Assembly (NCBI GenBank): GCA_038496445.1
Contig: JALMLS010000341.1
Coordinates: 1-64,000 of the forward strand
Length of the DNA stretch: 64,000 bases
Source: Trichosphaerium sp. ATCC 40318
Lineage: Eukaryota; Protista; Tubulinea
Direction of reading: 5' to 3'
The notes beneath the pieces are model-generated. The model did not search any database. It was given only the letters and a program-made list of their open reading frames with translations, and was not told where the DNA came from. Made by a program: the position numbers and the translations under genes. Below are positions 26,540 through 38,965 of this stretch, one piece after another (position 1 is the first letter of the stretch; every line of letters starts with the position of its first letter).

Positions 26540-27016
26540 ACTGTTTTAATACGCTAGAACCACCGAAACGAGCGACTTCAGTTGTTTTTACGCGATACCA
26601 CGCATCAATAGTGCGAACACACAACTTTTCAGCTACACGTTCTAGTATCGTTCTTTGATACAATAAAACGCTCAAAGCTAACATTTAACATGTTAAAGGT
26701 CGGTACAACAGCCTAAAATTTCGCGTACTTTTCATAGCGCTTTACAAACATAACATACCGTTACGGTTATTATTTATAACGCGTACCAGTGCGGTTTTTT
26801 TAACTTTGGGTGAAATTCAGGGTATTCTACAAAAACGTCTTGTACTACAAAAACTAACCGAAAGTTGTTCTAGAATAGTTTGGGCGTTATCAGTAAACCT
26901 CAGCGAGATTTCTTTTCGGCCTAAAGCCAGATTTTGGTCACCAAACCAGAAAAGTCTCATCCATTTCCAAGCAAAATAAAAACAGACACACACTGTACAT
27001 ACAAGAGAAGCAACAC

Positions 27017-28489
27017 ATGACATTCGTTATGGAATTATCAAGCGGTTGGGTGGACCAACTCCACAAAGGAGCAGCTGTAACACAACCAATTCTCCAGCTC
27101 ACAGAAGTTAAACAAATCGACTCTGTATCACGCTTTGCTTGTGTAGCAAGCGACGGTGTCAATTTTACCAAATTCTTGGTCCAACTCAACCAAGTGGTCG
27201 AACTTCGGCCTTTTGACGTTATAAAGGTAACGAACTACGCATTGAAACCCATTCTAGACGGAACTAAAAGGTACGGAGGCTAAAAAGTCCAAGTCAAAGC
27301 CGTTTTCGATAGCACACATTTCTTACCTACTCTCTTTAGGGTACTTATTGTTACATCGTTAATTGTTTTGGCTCGTTTGGACATCCTCATCGGAAACCCA
27401 ACACAAAGTGATTATTCATTCAAAACACCCACTGACTCAAAGTTCACGCTCAAACAACTCCTCTCAACTCCTCTCGGCGATGAACTCGCTGACGTTCAAA
27501 TTTCTATTGGCAGCGCTGTTTTTAGCGCTCACAAGGCTATACTGGCAGTACGTATACCGTACTTTCGAGGGTTATTCTCATCAGGCATGACGGATGCCGA
27601 AAAGGTACTGACACGCTATGCGTTACCGGTATCTTACAGTTCTACGCCTAAGGCTCAAGTAACTCTGTCACCACTCCACGTACCTGCTGGTGCTTTCCAG
27701 GTCATTCTAAAATACATCTACACCGACTCTTTGGACCTTCCAATCTGCAGAACCGGCTTAGAAGAATCCTTGCTATGGCAAACATACCTAGCAGCGGGAT
27801 TCTTATGCATAGAAGGACTCATCAAAGCGATTGAGGACTTTATAATCACAAAGATCCTAGACGTTTCTAATGTCTGTACGCTCTGGTGCTTAAGGTACAT
27901 ACAGTTCTTCATCATCAACGTTGCAAACAAGCCACATTGCTTTTCGCTAAGCGATTGTTTTGGCGCTTTTTTTTTCCTTTTTTCGAAACTTTTTTTGTTG
28001 CTTAATCACTCTGGCTTACCTTCTTTTCTTAGCTCTAGCATCAATGCTCAGAGATTGGCTTACCAATGCTTGGCTTTCTTAATAGCTAAGATGCCTCATA
28101 TCATAGACTCTAGCGAATTTCTTAACGCTCCACGGACTCTTCTTCAAGAATTGTTTCACAGGCTCCAAACATCTCAAATGTCGGAAGAAACAGCCCACCA
28201 TGTACGACGTGGTATGTTACAGTGGATTAGAGTGAATGAAGACCAAAGCCGAGTAGCAGACTTGTTGAAGCGATTAATCGTTTTCAGAGACGGTAGATCG
28301 TCGTCACCTTTGATTACAGCCACAAGCGGTTAGATAGGAAGATTGAGACGAAATGTAAATTTTTTTTGCATCTCTTCTTCTCTGACTTCGATGGACGACA
28401 AAGGAGTTGAGAGGAGAGGTTCAAGTTCTGGCTTTGTGGAAATTTTTCAAGCGCTTTACAAGGCCTTGTATATATGTATTACTAGTTAA
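27017..28489 (+). CDS. RPA70 N-terminal OB-fold (Rep-A_N)-BTB/BACK fusion protein; last exon uncertain
   Basis: LSSGWVDQL..QPILQLTEVK..RFACVASDG..FDVIKVTNY..RVLIVTSLIVL..IGNP spliced (intron ~27270-27339) to BTB ADVQISIGSAVFSAHKAILAVRIPYFRGLFSSGM..FQVILKYIYTD and a BACK-like region. Confidence 0.75.
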
Positions 28490-28953
28490 AAATTGTACAG
28501 GCACGTGTGACAGTAAAGAAAAAGTGTATTCTAGAATCTTATGTGTACAGTTGTATTATTTAATTCTTTTTGTTTGTTATCAAAAATCAATCAGTTGACA
28601 AAGACAGTTCAAAGACCTCGCTAGCTGAGCTTGGGGAACAAGCTGCGTTGGCATGGAATAGGTCACTTTGCATTCGCATAGCGCAAACGGTAGTAAACGA
28701 AAAGTATAGTAGAAAATGCAATGATTGATTTACTGGTAAAATATTGGTTTCTCGTGGTTGTTGTCGACTGTTTCACGGTGTATTTCCTGCATCTCAATGT
28801 GAACATCATTGAACACTATTAAACAAGCACAAAACGAGAATGGCATCCCAACTTTTTAGCCAAGAAAAAATTTCTTTTAACACTGCACGTGTTGGAGTTG
28901 GTGAGGTGTTTTTTATTTATCATTATATTTTTCACAATTTATATCTACAGAAA

Positions 28954-31010
28954 TTACAATCCTCTCGCTCTCTTTACCATCTTTTTGAAATGGAATGGTT
29001 TTACACCATTTTCATCCCAATCTTCTCTTTCCATGTCAAGAATATCTGCAATTTCTTCTAAACCGTACATCTCAAGTTTTGTAATGTACTGGCTTAACCT
29101 TATCTCAGCAAGGAACTCACGAAGTGTCATATCTTTGCTTAGATTAGCAGCCTTAGGCGGAGGAGATGATTTAGAAGCAGGTTTAGGTGGAGACGATTTT
29201 GACGCTGCTGATGGTTTTGCAGCTGATTTTTTAGAAGAAATAGGTTTTTCTTCAATAACTGGGGGTACTACTTCCTTTTTAGCTTTTGGCTTAGCTTGTC
29301 TTGCTGGCTTTGCTCGTTTCTTCTCATCTTCGTATGCGAAGACATCACCTTCATCCCATTTAGACTTTGCTGTCTCACTCTTTGGAGTAGAAGCCTTTGA
29401 AGCCTTAGAAGGCTTCGATGCTTCTTTTGCTTCCTTGGCAGCTTTAGCCTTTGCCTCTCTAGTAGCTTTTGCTTTCTCTGCACGTGCCTTAGCAGCTGCT
29501 GCTTTTGCATCAGCTTTTGCCTTTGCTTCAGCTGCCTTAGCTTCAGCTGCTTCCCTTGCAGCTTGTTCCTTTAGTTCTTTTTTAGTAGGTGGCTTTTTTC
29601 TTCCCTTTGCCGCTGGTTTTGTTTCTTCTTTTTTTTCAACGGCCTTAGCAGCTCCTCTCTTCTTTGTAGCCTTGACAGGTTCTTCTTCCTCTACTGGAGC
29701 AGCCTTTGCGCCTCTTTTTGATCTTGTAGGTGCTTTAGGTGCTGGTGGTTCGCTCTTGGATGCACTACGTGATGCTGGACTTCGTTTTATATTTTTTGGT
29801 TTGAAGACAATATCAAAATCTTCATCGTCTTCATCTTCTTCTTTAGGAATATTATCCAACTCATTTGGTGGCACTAAATGTTGACGTGCAGGCGTTTTTC
29901 CTTTTCTACCTGCTTTTGGAGCTTTTGGTGCAGGTGGAGGCGGTGGAGGAGGAGATGGCTTCTTTGGTGCTTTTTTTGTAGGTTTAACGACATTTCTTGG
30001 CTTAAATGATGGTTCTGGTGCCTCTTCTTTATCTTCCATCTCGCTCTTACGCAAACGTCTGTTAAAAGAAACCAAGTCTGGCTTATTATTCGATTTGTTT
30101 GATTTGAGCTTGCTACCGCCAAAGCTTAGCCCTTTGTTGGTTGCTGGAGGGTTGCTTCGCGCAGGTGAAGAGCGTGGGGCACCTGGAGGAAGCTTTTTAC
30201 CAGTTTTAGCATCATAAGAGTCGACTATTGAATCAAAATCATTATCCGTCATTTCAAGTACGTCGTCTGTCCCTGATGAGCTAACAGGAGTAACAGGATC
30301 AGCAGGGGGATCATTTCCGGTTATCCAGCTTGCCGGGCTAAAAGCTCCTTCTAGTTCAGAGCCAGGGAACTTGAACAGATTTTCTGCGGGTATTTCAGTT
30401 TCTTCTGCTACTACGTCGCCAGCAGGTGCTTTTGTAGCGGAAGCTAGGACAAAATAAGGTTGATGGAATTGTTTTAGGTTTTTTTTTACCGTTTAGCACA
30501 AAAGCTATGAGATCTGGTTTGCGCGTTTTGTTGCCACCATTAAAACCCATTTCTGTAGCTAAATTGCGTAGATTTTTTACCGTCATGTTTTGTAGGGTTC
30601 TATAGTTACTCATTAGTTGTTTAAAGCGAGTTGGAAGGTACACACGCTTCGTCGTAATTGTCATCATCAAAAACATCTTGGTCTTTAAGCGGAGCGTCAA
30701 ATGTATCATTATCGAGCGCTAATTACGTCAGCGCATTGCAAGGAGAGTTATATTCAAATTTTCGAAAAAATAAACCGCCAGTACCACTTGAAGTGTTGTC
30801 AATAACGTCCAAGAGTCCATCCATTCCCTTACTTTGTTTCGCATGTAATAATCGAACAGTTGAAAAATATCTTGCAGAGCGTCTAATCTGTACACCGCGC
30901 CTTGTATTCACTGCAGGACGCACACGTATAGATTTATGTTGTTTGCGCTCCTCATTGGTTCTGTATGAGCGAATCTGGGCAATACGAGGAGCTAACAAAC
31001 GAAGTGCCAT
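28954..31010 (-). CDS. Putative mitochondrial nucleic-acid-binding protein: presequence, Rho_N/SAP-like HEH motif, Lys/Ala/Pro-rich H1-like region, SAM domain
   Basis: Arg-rich N-terminus MALRLLAPRIAQIRSY; NMTVKNLRNLATEMGFNGGNKTRKPDLIAFV; C-terminal LREFLAEIRLSQYITKLEMYG..GVKPFHFKKM; three introns restore one frame. Confidence 0.7.
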
Positions 31011-31137
31011 TTGCTAAATTGGTCGTGTTACTGCTGGTGCTAAACTCAGCCCGCTAAGTATGGAGTAAAATTCGCATGTTTTACTCACTTTGAATTCACT
31101 CTTTCAACACTTTAATTACGCAGTCGTACAGCAAAGA

Positions 31138-31733
31138 ATGGGTAAAATACGGAAAAACAGGAGAAAGGCTCAACGCTTTGCTCCCTACAATACAATGGAT
31201 ATTGACGAAGACGCTTTTGCCCAAGAACTTCTTTCTGGTAACATTGTACGTATTACAACCATAATTACAATTTTATGTTAACTGTACAAAAGAAAAACGA
31301 AACTTTGGGTCAAATGAAGAAACGTCATCACGAAGAGCGTAAAGAGAGTAAAGCAGAGTTAATAGAGCTAAAAAGACTACGGTACGTACAATTTTCTACG
31401 CGAATTACACTATTTACATGTAGCACAAGCACTGCTTCATTACTAGCACTATCTACTACCAGCAACAAACTAACGCTAAATAGAGCTAAATTGTCCAAGA
31501 AAGACATTAACAAACGTGATGAACGTAAAGCTCTTACAATGAAGATCAGAACGCTTCAAATAAAGCTAGAAACGCGTCAAAAAAAAGAATTAGCAACTCT
31601 AGAAAAAAAACCAACACAGAAAAAACAAAAACAAAATCCTGAATCAAGAAACCTATCACTTATACCTGAAGAACAACCAGAGAACCCTTTCTATAGCGCA
31701 CAACTTGGTGCCCTTGGAAAGTTAAACTTTTAG
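31138..31733 (+). CDS. Small basic coiled-coil protein resembling the N-terminal domain of Otu2/OTUD6B, with no OTU domain
   Basis: ETLGQMKKRHHEERKESKAEL..KLETRQKKELATLE; 2 introns. Confidence 0.5.
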
Positions 31734-32188
31734 TAGGTCTAGTGGTTATTAATCACTGTACAACACTTACAATAAAATAAAGAAAAAAAATGTAAATACC
31801 TAAAACAAATCACGTGACACCTTTATTTATTGCTCGACAACGCCAACAAAGATATGACCAATACAGCCACAACGCTAAAAGGGAGTATAAAATATCATTA
31901 GGTTTGTTTCTATCTCATTTTTGGATTTTTCTTCCACGTCACGTTTTTCGCCGGCTACATATGTGGTGTTACGTGCTACTAACATTAGCTGTTAATTTCT
32001 TTGTTTGGAGAATAACCGTTATTTTATTAGCCTATATCTCATGCCACGTGTAAATTATCTATTTTACGAGGTGGGTTTGGAAGTTTGATGGTTGAACAAA
32101 GATGAAAATTGTCGTTCTCGTGCACATTTTGTAAATTAAGCCGCTAATACCCAACAATAATTATTTTAAACAGCGCAAGTTGTGTACC

Positions 32189-35100
32189 ATGATGTACCGT
32201 GAAGGTATATTTTTCCTTTTTGCTGCTGTGTGCTTAGCACAATTCTGTGCTGAATACAATGGCGAAACACCAGCGTAAGGAACTCCGTAGAGTGTTTTAG
32301 GCGCGTATTGACATGTTATAGTTGTAATCAGTTAATACCTTCGGGAGGGCTGTTCTATGTGCCGACAGTACGTCTTTGTATTTACTACAATAACATCTTT
32401 AGGGTAAAACAGCAGAAGAAGGTACGCATTCTCCACTTACGTCCCAGTAAATAATATTTATTTAGTTCACACTACAGTGCAAGGCCTAGCAGCTCTAAAC
32501 AGCCTGATACCAAGCGGTATATAGTTAAAACGAACACTGGCGTCGATTTTCGTCTAAATTATTTTAAATAGGCTTTGCGGATTGCAAAAACTCATCATTG
32601 ATAGCAACGTGTGTTGGAGAGTACAGGTAGGTCTTTTTTAATAACAGTTTACCTGAGTTGTACCGAAAACCGTAAAGTACTGAAATACGCGTAAAGATCG
32701 TCTCACTATACTTTTAAAGGTCTTGTTTTGTTGATAGGGCTACGAACACTAGTTATCCAGTTCCTCTTTGTAGCACGCTCTGTGAGGCTGTTAACAGCGG
32801 GTGCAGGTACGTTTTTGATGAGTTTTCGTGATACTGATGTTTTTAAAAGCGATTTGTTCGCATTGACAAATAGACAACCAGAGAACTGTACTACAACGCC
32901 TGATCCAGATTTTCCAGGTTCGAACCTTCCGTTTTTGGCATTTTTTTTAATTTCAGTTTGACTTACTGGCTTTTTACTACAGTATACCCAAAATATGGAT
33001 CAGTAGGTTCTAATAACGAACCATTAAACTTTACAAGGTAAATTTGTTGTTGGCTTTTTTTTAGTGTATTTTCTGACATCTTCTTTGTTTTAAGAACGAT
33101 TTTTGGTGTTGACGTTGAATTGAGTTGTTCTAACGTGTTTGTTGTTCAATCAAATGAAACACTTACATTCTCAAACGAAACTGAAGTAACATGTGCTTTT
33201 CCACTTGCAAAGAGTATGTAGTTATTGGCTGTTAGAGCTACAAAAATCCGCCAAAGAATCTGACATTATTTTTTTTGTAGATTCTAAAGGAGAGTGTTAT
33301 TGCTGTGGATGTCCTGATAATGCATTTACAGATACACAATATAATGTTTTATTTGGTATATACTGGTTTATTGGTGCTCTTGTTACAGCTATGCTTCTTT
33401 TAAGTACCATAACATTTTGTCTTGTACCAAAGAAGAAAAAGGCGAAATATCCTGTACGTTTTTTTTAAAAGAGCTTATGACTTTTATCTAATGCAATCTT
33501 TTTATTAGTGGAACATTCCCTTCGTGTATTACTCAATATCAATGATAGGATTTACTGCTACATGTACGGATAATGGCTTGTTGTTATTAGTCTTGCTAAA
33601 CTGTATCAGCTTTGATTTCTGCGGTATTTAGTATACAAGGAAGTGCGTTTTTTTCGTTTAGTTGTTGTCGTGTTTGTTGACTAGTTTTAGCATTTTGTAA
33701 CGAGGGTGATGACTTTATTGAGCCTGCGACGCAGAGTAATAATTGGATTTGTGCTGTTCAAGGAGTAATCTTGATATATTTTACATACTGTACTTTTCTT
33801 TGGATAATAGCTTTGGTGTCGTACGTTGAATGTTTCTTTGAACTTTGTGCTTGTTTTTTTGGCAATGTTGAGTTGTATCTTTAGGAACTTTATTTATTAC
33901 TACAACAAACTTAAAATAATGCCTCACACCAGATGGTGGTACGTTAAGAAAAATTGTTTGAAGTTTTACAATTCTTGTACTCCATGCTCTCCAAACCCAC
34001 GAGGTTTTGGGCCTCTGGGTTTGTTTTTTTGGGCGTAAACCTGACAATGTCACAAATAACTTTATTAGGCATTCGATATGGGTATTCTCGCTTCTTCCTG
34101 CAGCTGCTTCTTTGATATCTTTTGATGAAAATGGAGGTGGTGGTATTGGGTATGTAAGAAGCTCTCATACTGTACGACAAAGGAATTTTCTTCGCATCTT
34201 TACAAAGACTTTTAACTAATTTCCTGTTCTCTTCCATAATTAGTGTTTTATCCGTGTCAATGAGAATGTTGCAAATACAGAAACATCGTGGTTGCGTGTT
34301 GGATTGATATTTTATTTTCCAATCAGTTTCTTGTATATTTTTATGTTGGGAGAACTGATTCTTCTCACTTACCTCATTTACGTCGTACGTATTAAACAAT
34401 TGTTTATGATCTTAATAATGGTATTAATCATGTTGCTTTAGACAAAGAAAAAGGTTGCTTCTAAATCTAAAAAGGGTCAATCACACCGACATGAATACAA
34501 GACAATGATACTCGTGCTTTCATTTTTATTCCACTTTTGTACGTTTCTTTTTTATGTTTGTACTTTTTTTTTTTGGATCACGTGATACTAACATGATAAT
34601 TAGTGGTGGTAGCGGGAACTTTTTATTACGGTATTATAGCTGAAAGTAGTATTCAACAGGCTTATACTGATTGGACAGAATGCTATGCAAGTAAGTATCT
34701 TGAAGGATCATTTGGAGCTCTCAATTAGTTTGTTTTTTTTCTTTCCGCTCAATACGTTTTTTAGGGAATCCGACCGGTTTTAATTCAGTAACTGGTGAGG
34801 AATGTAAATTGAAAGGAGGTTTTCCATTTGGATTATTTGTATTCAATGCGTACGTACAAAAGTTGACATCATATGATTTTGGAACTTATTCTTTTTCTTA
34901 AAAGATTCCAATCTACGTTAGTAGGTTTTACAGGCTTCTTTATTTTTGGATTCTATGACCATATATGGAAATACTGGATGCCAAGGTTAGGCTTAGCTAA
35001 ATATGTTAATACAATGCCTACATATTCAACAGGAAACTCTTCTGGACTTGGTGAGTTTTTTTATTACTAACTATTGTTGTTTACCTTTGTCTTGTTTTGT

Positions 35101-35337
35101 GTGCCAGTGATTACTTACCGTTCTATAGTTACTAAAAATGCAAGTCAACTTAACACACCAAATCATGATAGTTCACCACCTACTTCAACTCCTTTAAGAG
35201 ATAATTTGCCAGAACCTGAGAGTAGCGAAGTTAAAACGGAATCTTCTTCTGAGCAAGTTGATAACGTAAAAACTAATAATGTAGAAATGGATATGTATAC
35301 TGATGGATCTTCTTCTTCTTCATTGATTGATTCTTAG
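32189..35337 (+). CDS. Frizzled/Smoothened-like 7TM receptor (Dictyostelium Fsl-type)
   Basis: Signal peptide; Cys-rich CRD (FCAEYNGETPA-CN..YPVPLCSTLCEAVNSGC); CYCCGCP..; TM1 then KYPWNIP; WICAVQGVILIYF; GFTGFFIFG..IWKYW. Confidence 0.75.
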
Positions 35338-35571
35338 ATTATTAACCTCAGCTTCCTACCAATAAAAGATAAATTGTATTTCAAATTTGTCATAATTTTT
35401 CTTGCTTCCGCGTTGCGTCTAAAAAATGGGGAAGTTGCAGATATTGTCTAGAGATTTGATTGCGATTTTGTTGTTTTTTGCGAATTTGAGAGTTAAGTTT
35501 ATTTATTCTTGTGAGACCAATATTGACTGTTGGAAACAAAAAAATGCGGAAAGCAATTTGCTTTAGCCGAA

Positions 35572-36736
35572 ATGACATCCGCAACAAACGATGAATACGC
35601 CAATAACGAACTCCCTGGTGTTAAAATGGTAATAATTGGAGATGGTGCTGTTGGTACAACGATGGTTTACATAATTCTCTTTAAATGATCCGCATCCTAC
35701 GTTTAAAGCTATTTTAATACATTTTACTCCGTAACAGCTAACTCTGACACAGGTAAAACTTGTCTATGCATCAGAATGGTTTTGAGTGAGTCTAAAGTCT
35801 TTATTCGTTTGTTAAAACCAATAATAGAGGAGTTTCCGAAAGATTACATTCCAACTGTTTTCGATAACCATGTGTACTTTGTTCATCTTTTCCTCAGTTT
35901 TTTGATCCACACGTGACAAAACTATTTTGTTAAGTGGCTTTGAGTATCACCCGTTGTTGTGTATGGTGCTAATAACTTGTAGACTTCAAGAAAACACGTG
36001 GCTTGGACGCAAGGTAGAATTAGGTATATTAACAGTACTTATTGTACCTTATGGCTTATATGTAGGCTTTTGGGATACTGCAGGACCTGAGGAATATGAC
36101 AGACTTCGACCTTTAAGCTACGCCAATGCTGTACGCACTCAATAGTTCGATATGAAATGTTTTATTGATTGTATGTGTTTCTAGAGCGTATTTATCATTG
36201 CATTCAGTCTAATAAATAGACTGAGCTACGAAAATGTGTTTTCCAAGGTACTAATTGTCAATTAACACTGTATTTGACAAGTGATAATAATGATGTCACA
36301 AAGTTGTAGTAATTTTTGTTGTTCCTTGTAGTGGGATCCAGAAAAGAATCATTACTGTCCAGGCGTCCCTGTGATATTGGTTGGTACAAAACTAGATTTG
36401 AGGGAGACAAATTCTCTGCAGTATGGCACAAAGAAAGCTGTGACAACAGAAGAAGGAATAAGTTTAGCAAAAAAAATTGGTGTACAACCAGCAATTTCAG
36501 TTTACACCGATTCTATACCCACTCACACTGTGTTATTTAGGCTCATAGTTATGTTGAAGTGAGCGCATTAACAGGTGATGGGACAGAAGAATGTACCTTT
36601 GTACCTTTTTTCTGATGTGTACTAACTTGCTTTTAAACAAATAGTAATACATGAAGTATCAGCAGCTGGTTGGTTATTCAGTTGTTATGATGGAAAACAA
36701 ACAGAAAATAATGATAAAAAATGTTCTGTCATGTGA
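35572..36736 (+). CDS. Rho/Rac-family small GTPase with a Q61P-equivalent substitution
   Basis: IGDGAVGKTCL, YIPTVFDN, WDTAGPEEYDRLRPLSY, VGTKLDLR, EVSALT, CaaX CSVM. Confidence 0.92.
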
Positions 36737-37362
36737 CATGTAATAAACAGTAGGGTCAACAACCACAAGCCGAGAAGGTTTTATGTAATATAGCAGCTGT
36801 TTGTGGATGTATATACCACGTTAACTGAGATTAGAAAGATATTATTCACTAGGCAAGTATCCTTTAAATCGGAATTTTAGAGGTTACATAAGTAATAAAA
36901 ATTGAGTATTCATCTATTATTCGTGTGTTATTTATTTATCGTGTTGTTACCTCAGTTTGCATCCATAATCTAAGAAGTTTGTACAGGTGTAGAATGTAGC
37001 AAATAGATGGTGCATGTTATATAAAACAGAGCTATGTTGCAATTACTCATTAACGTTTTAACTTAATTATTTTAGTGAATACAACAACGAACAGGGTAAC
37101 AAAGACAGATGACTTTTTGTATGATCATGGGGAGTGAATTTTCAAAGATGACAAGTATTCATAACAAATCGAAAACGAAGAAAAGCAAGATTGAAGCGCA
37201 AACAGCAGTAATTTTTGTAGATTGGTGATTACACACGCATGAATTACATTGAAAAAGTAAGAAAGTGTTATAACACGTGTAGAAACTTTACATTTCTTAG
37301 CAGGTAAAACTTGTATTTTTTAACAACTAAACAACAATCACAACAAAAGCAACAACAACCAA

Positions 37363-38383
37363 ATGGCTAATTGGATGGTAGCAGTAGATGAATCAGAGTA
37401 AGTATCGTTGATTTTGAAACAACATTTTTATTTTCGTTTAAATTACGACATTCAGCATATTTTCTTGCGAGCAAGGGTTTGTTTTGTTTTTACTAACTTT
37501 GACATTTAGATACGCTCAATGGGCATTCAACATTGTGCGTGAAGATCTTTTTGTTAGGTTACAGCCTTACTAACGAACGAATTAGGCTTTGAGTCTTATG
37601 AACGTAAAGACTGATAAGTTATTCATCTATAGAGCAGGAAAACTCGTGACATCATTGTATGGTGCCACCATGCATGGTTATTCTTCAATGGCAATGTCTC
37701 ATCTTGAAGAACTTAGAGAACAACAAGTACGCATTTCTATAAACTACAATACAGTTGACAACGCACATAGAAAACCCTCTGTAAAAGGACACTTCGCTTC
37801 TTTTACAAGAAAGCCAGAGATGTAGGTGTAGTACCTCGATTGGTAATGGGTTGGAGTACATGCAGGCGAAGGTATCTGTCAAGTAAGGATTAGCACTGTG
37901 GTATTAACAGTAAATGACTTTCATTAGGCTGTAGTAGAGAAACGAATTCATCATTTGATACTTGGCAGACGTGACATGGGTAGCGTAAAACGGTACACAG
38001 GTTTCTTTGTTTTAGATCGCTAAATCTAAATAGATTGTTCGTTGGATCGACCACCAAGTACTGCTTGGAGCACGCTGAATGTAATGTTATGATAGCTAAG
38101 AAGGCCTTTGGGGCTATTGAAGAGCATGAATCTTTAGATGACATCAAGATACAAGAAGAGAAAGAGCGATCTACAAGAGTATGCCTGCGGTATTCATCTG
38201 GTTTTTATTAAATTTTATTTGTAGCTCAAAGACGAGCAAGAGCTCAAAACTGTTGAAGAATCAGATAAACAATCGTTACTGGGAGCAGTAAAGAAAGCTG
38301 AAGAAGAAGAACGAGAAAGACGTATGCGTGAAGAAAGTCTTGAAGACGGTAAAGACATTCGCTTCCAAATCTACACATGGTAG
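37363..38383 (+). CDS. Universal stress protein (USP) domain protein with charged tail; apparent frameshift near 37860
   Basis: MANWMVAVDESEYAQWAF..GEGICQ..ILGRRDMGSVKRLFVGSTTKYCLEHAECNVMIAK. Confidence 0.75.
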
Positions 38384-38965
38384 CAACAGACAACACAACG
38401 AAGTTGAAGGTCTGTTGCATTTAATTCAAACAAACTGCATAATAAATTAATGTAACCATAATGTGTTAGTAATCTTGTTCGTTTTTTGGTACTTCTTGAA
38501 TCCAACTTTCTTATTTTAGGTACTTGGTTCCAGCTCACTATTGTATCCTTTGGTTATTGCTCTATGACAACCAATACAAACACACCACAATAATTGCCCA
38601 TACAGCAGCACAGTGCCTCTAGACACCATCCAGTACTAAAACACAAACTAAAAAAGCACAATGAGAAAAAAACGAGAAAGAAGTAACAAATTAGTTTGAG
38701 TGCATTAAAAAACGAGCTGGAGTGATGTCAGAATAACCTTAGTTTTTAACTTTGTTAAGTTAACATCACACCTAAGAAAATTACAACGCAAACAACACTG
38801 ATTGCGTTCATCTTGAATGGAAGAGTAACGACTGTTGAGCATATTTTTTCTTCACGCTTGGAGATTGTAATAAATGGTACTAAAGAGTAACAAAGGGCAC
38901 AGAAACAAAACTAAACAAAGTGATTTATTTTGGTAACAACTCGCTTTCAAAAGAGCGCTGATATT

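Noticed and set aside
28889-29884. 331-aa plus-strand ORF
   Set aside because: Antisense shadow of the low-complexity Lys/Ala-rich exon on the minus strand
38450-38850. Possible small Cys-rich minus-strand gene
   Set aside because: No consistent spliced frame or homology could be supported
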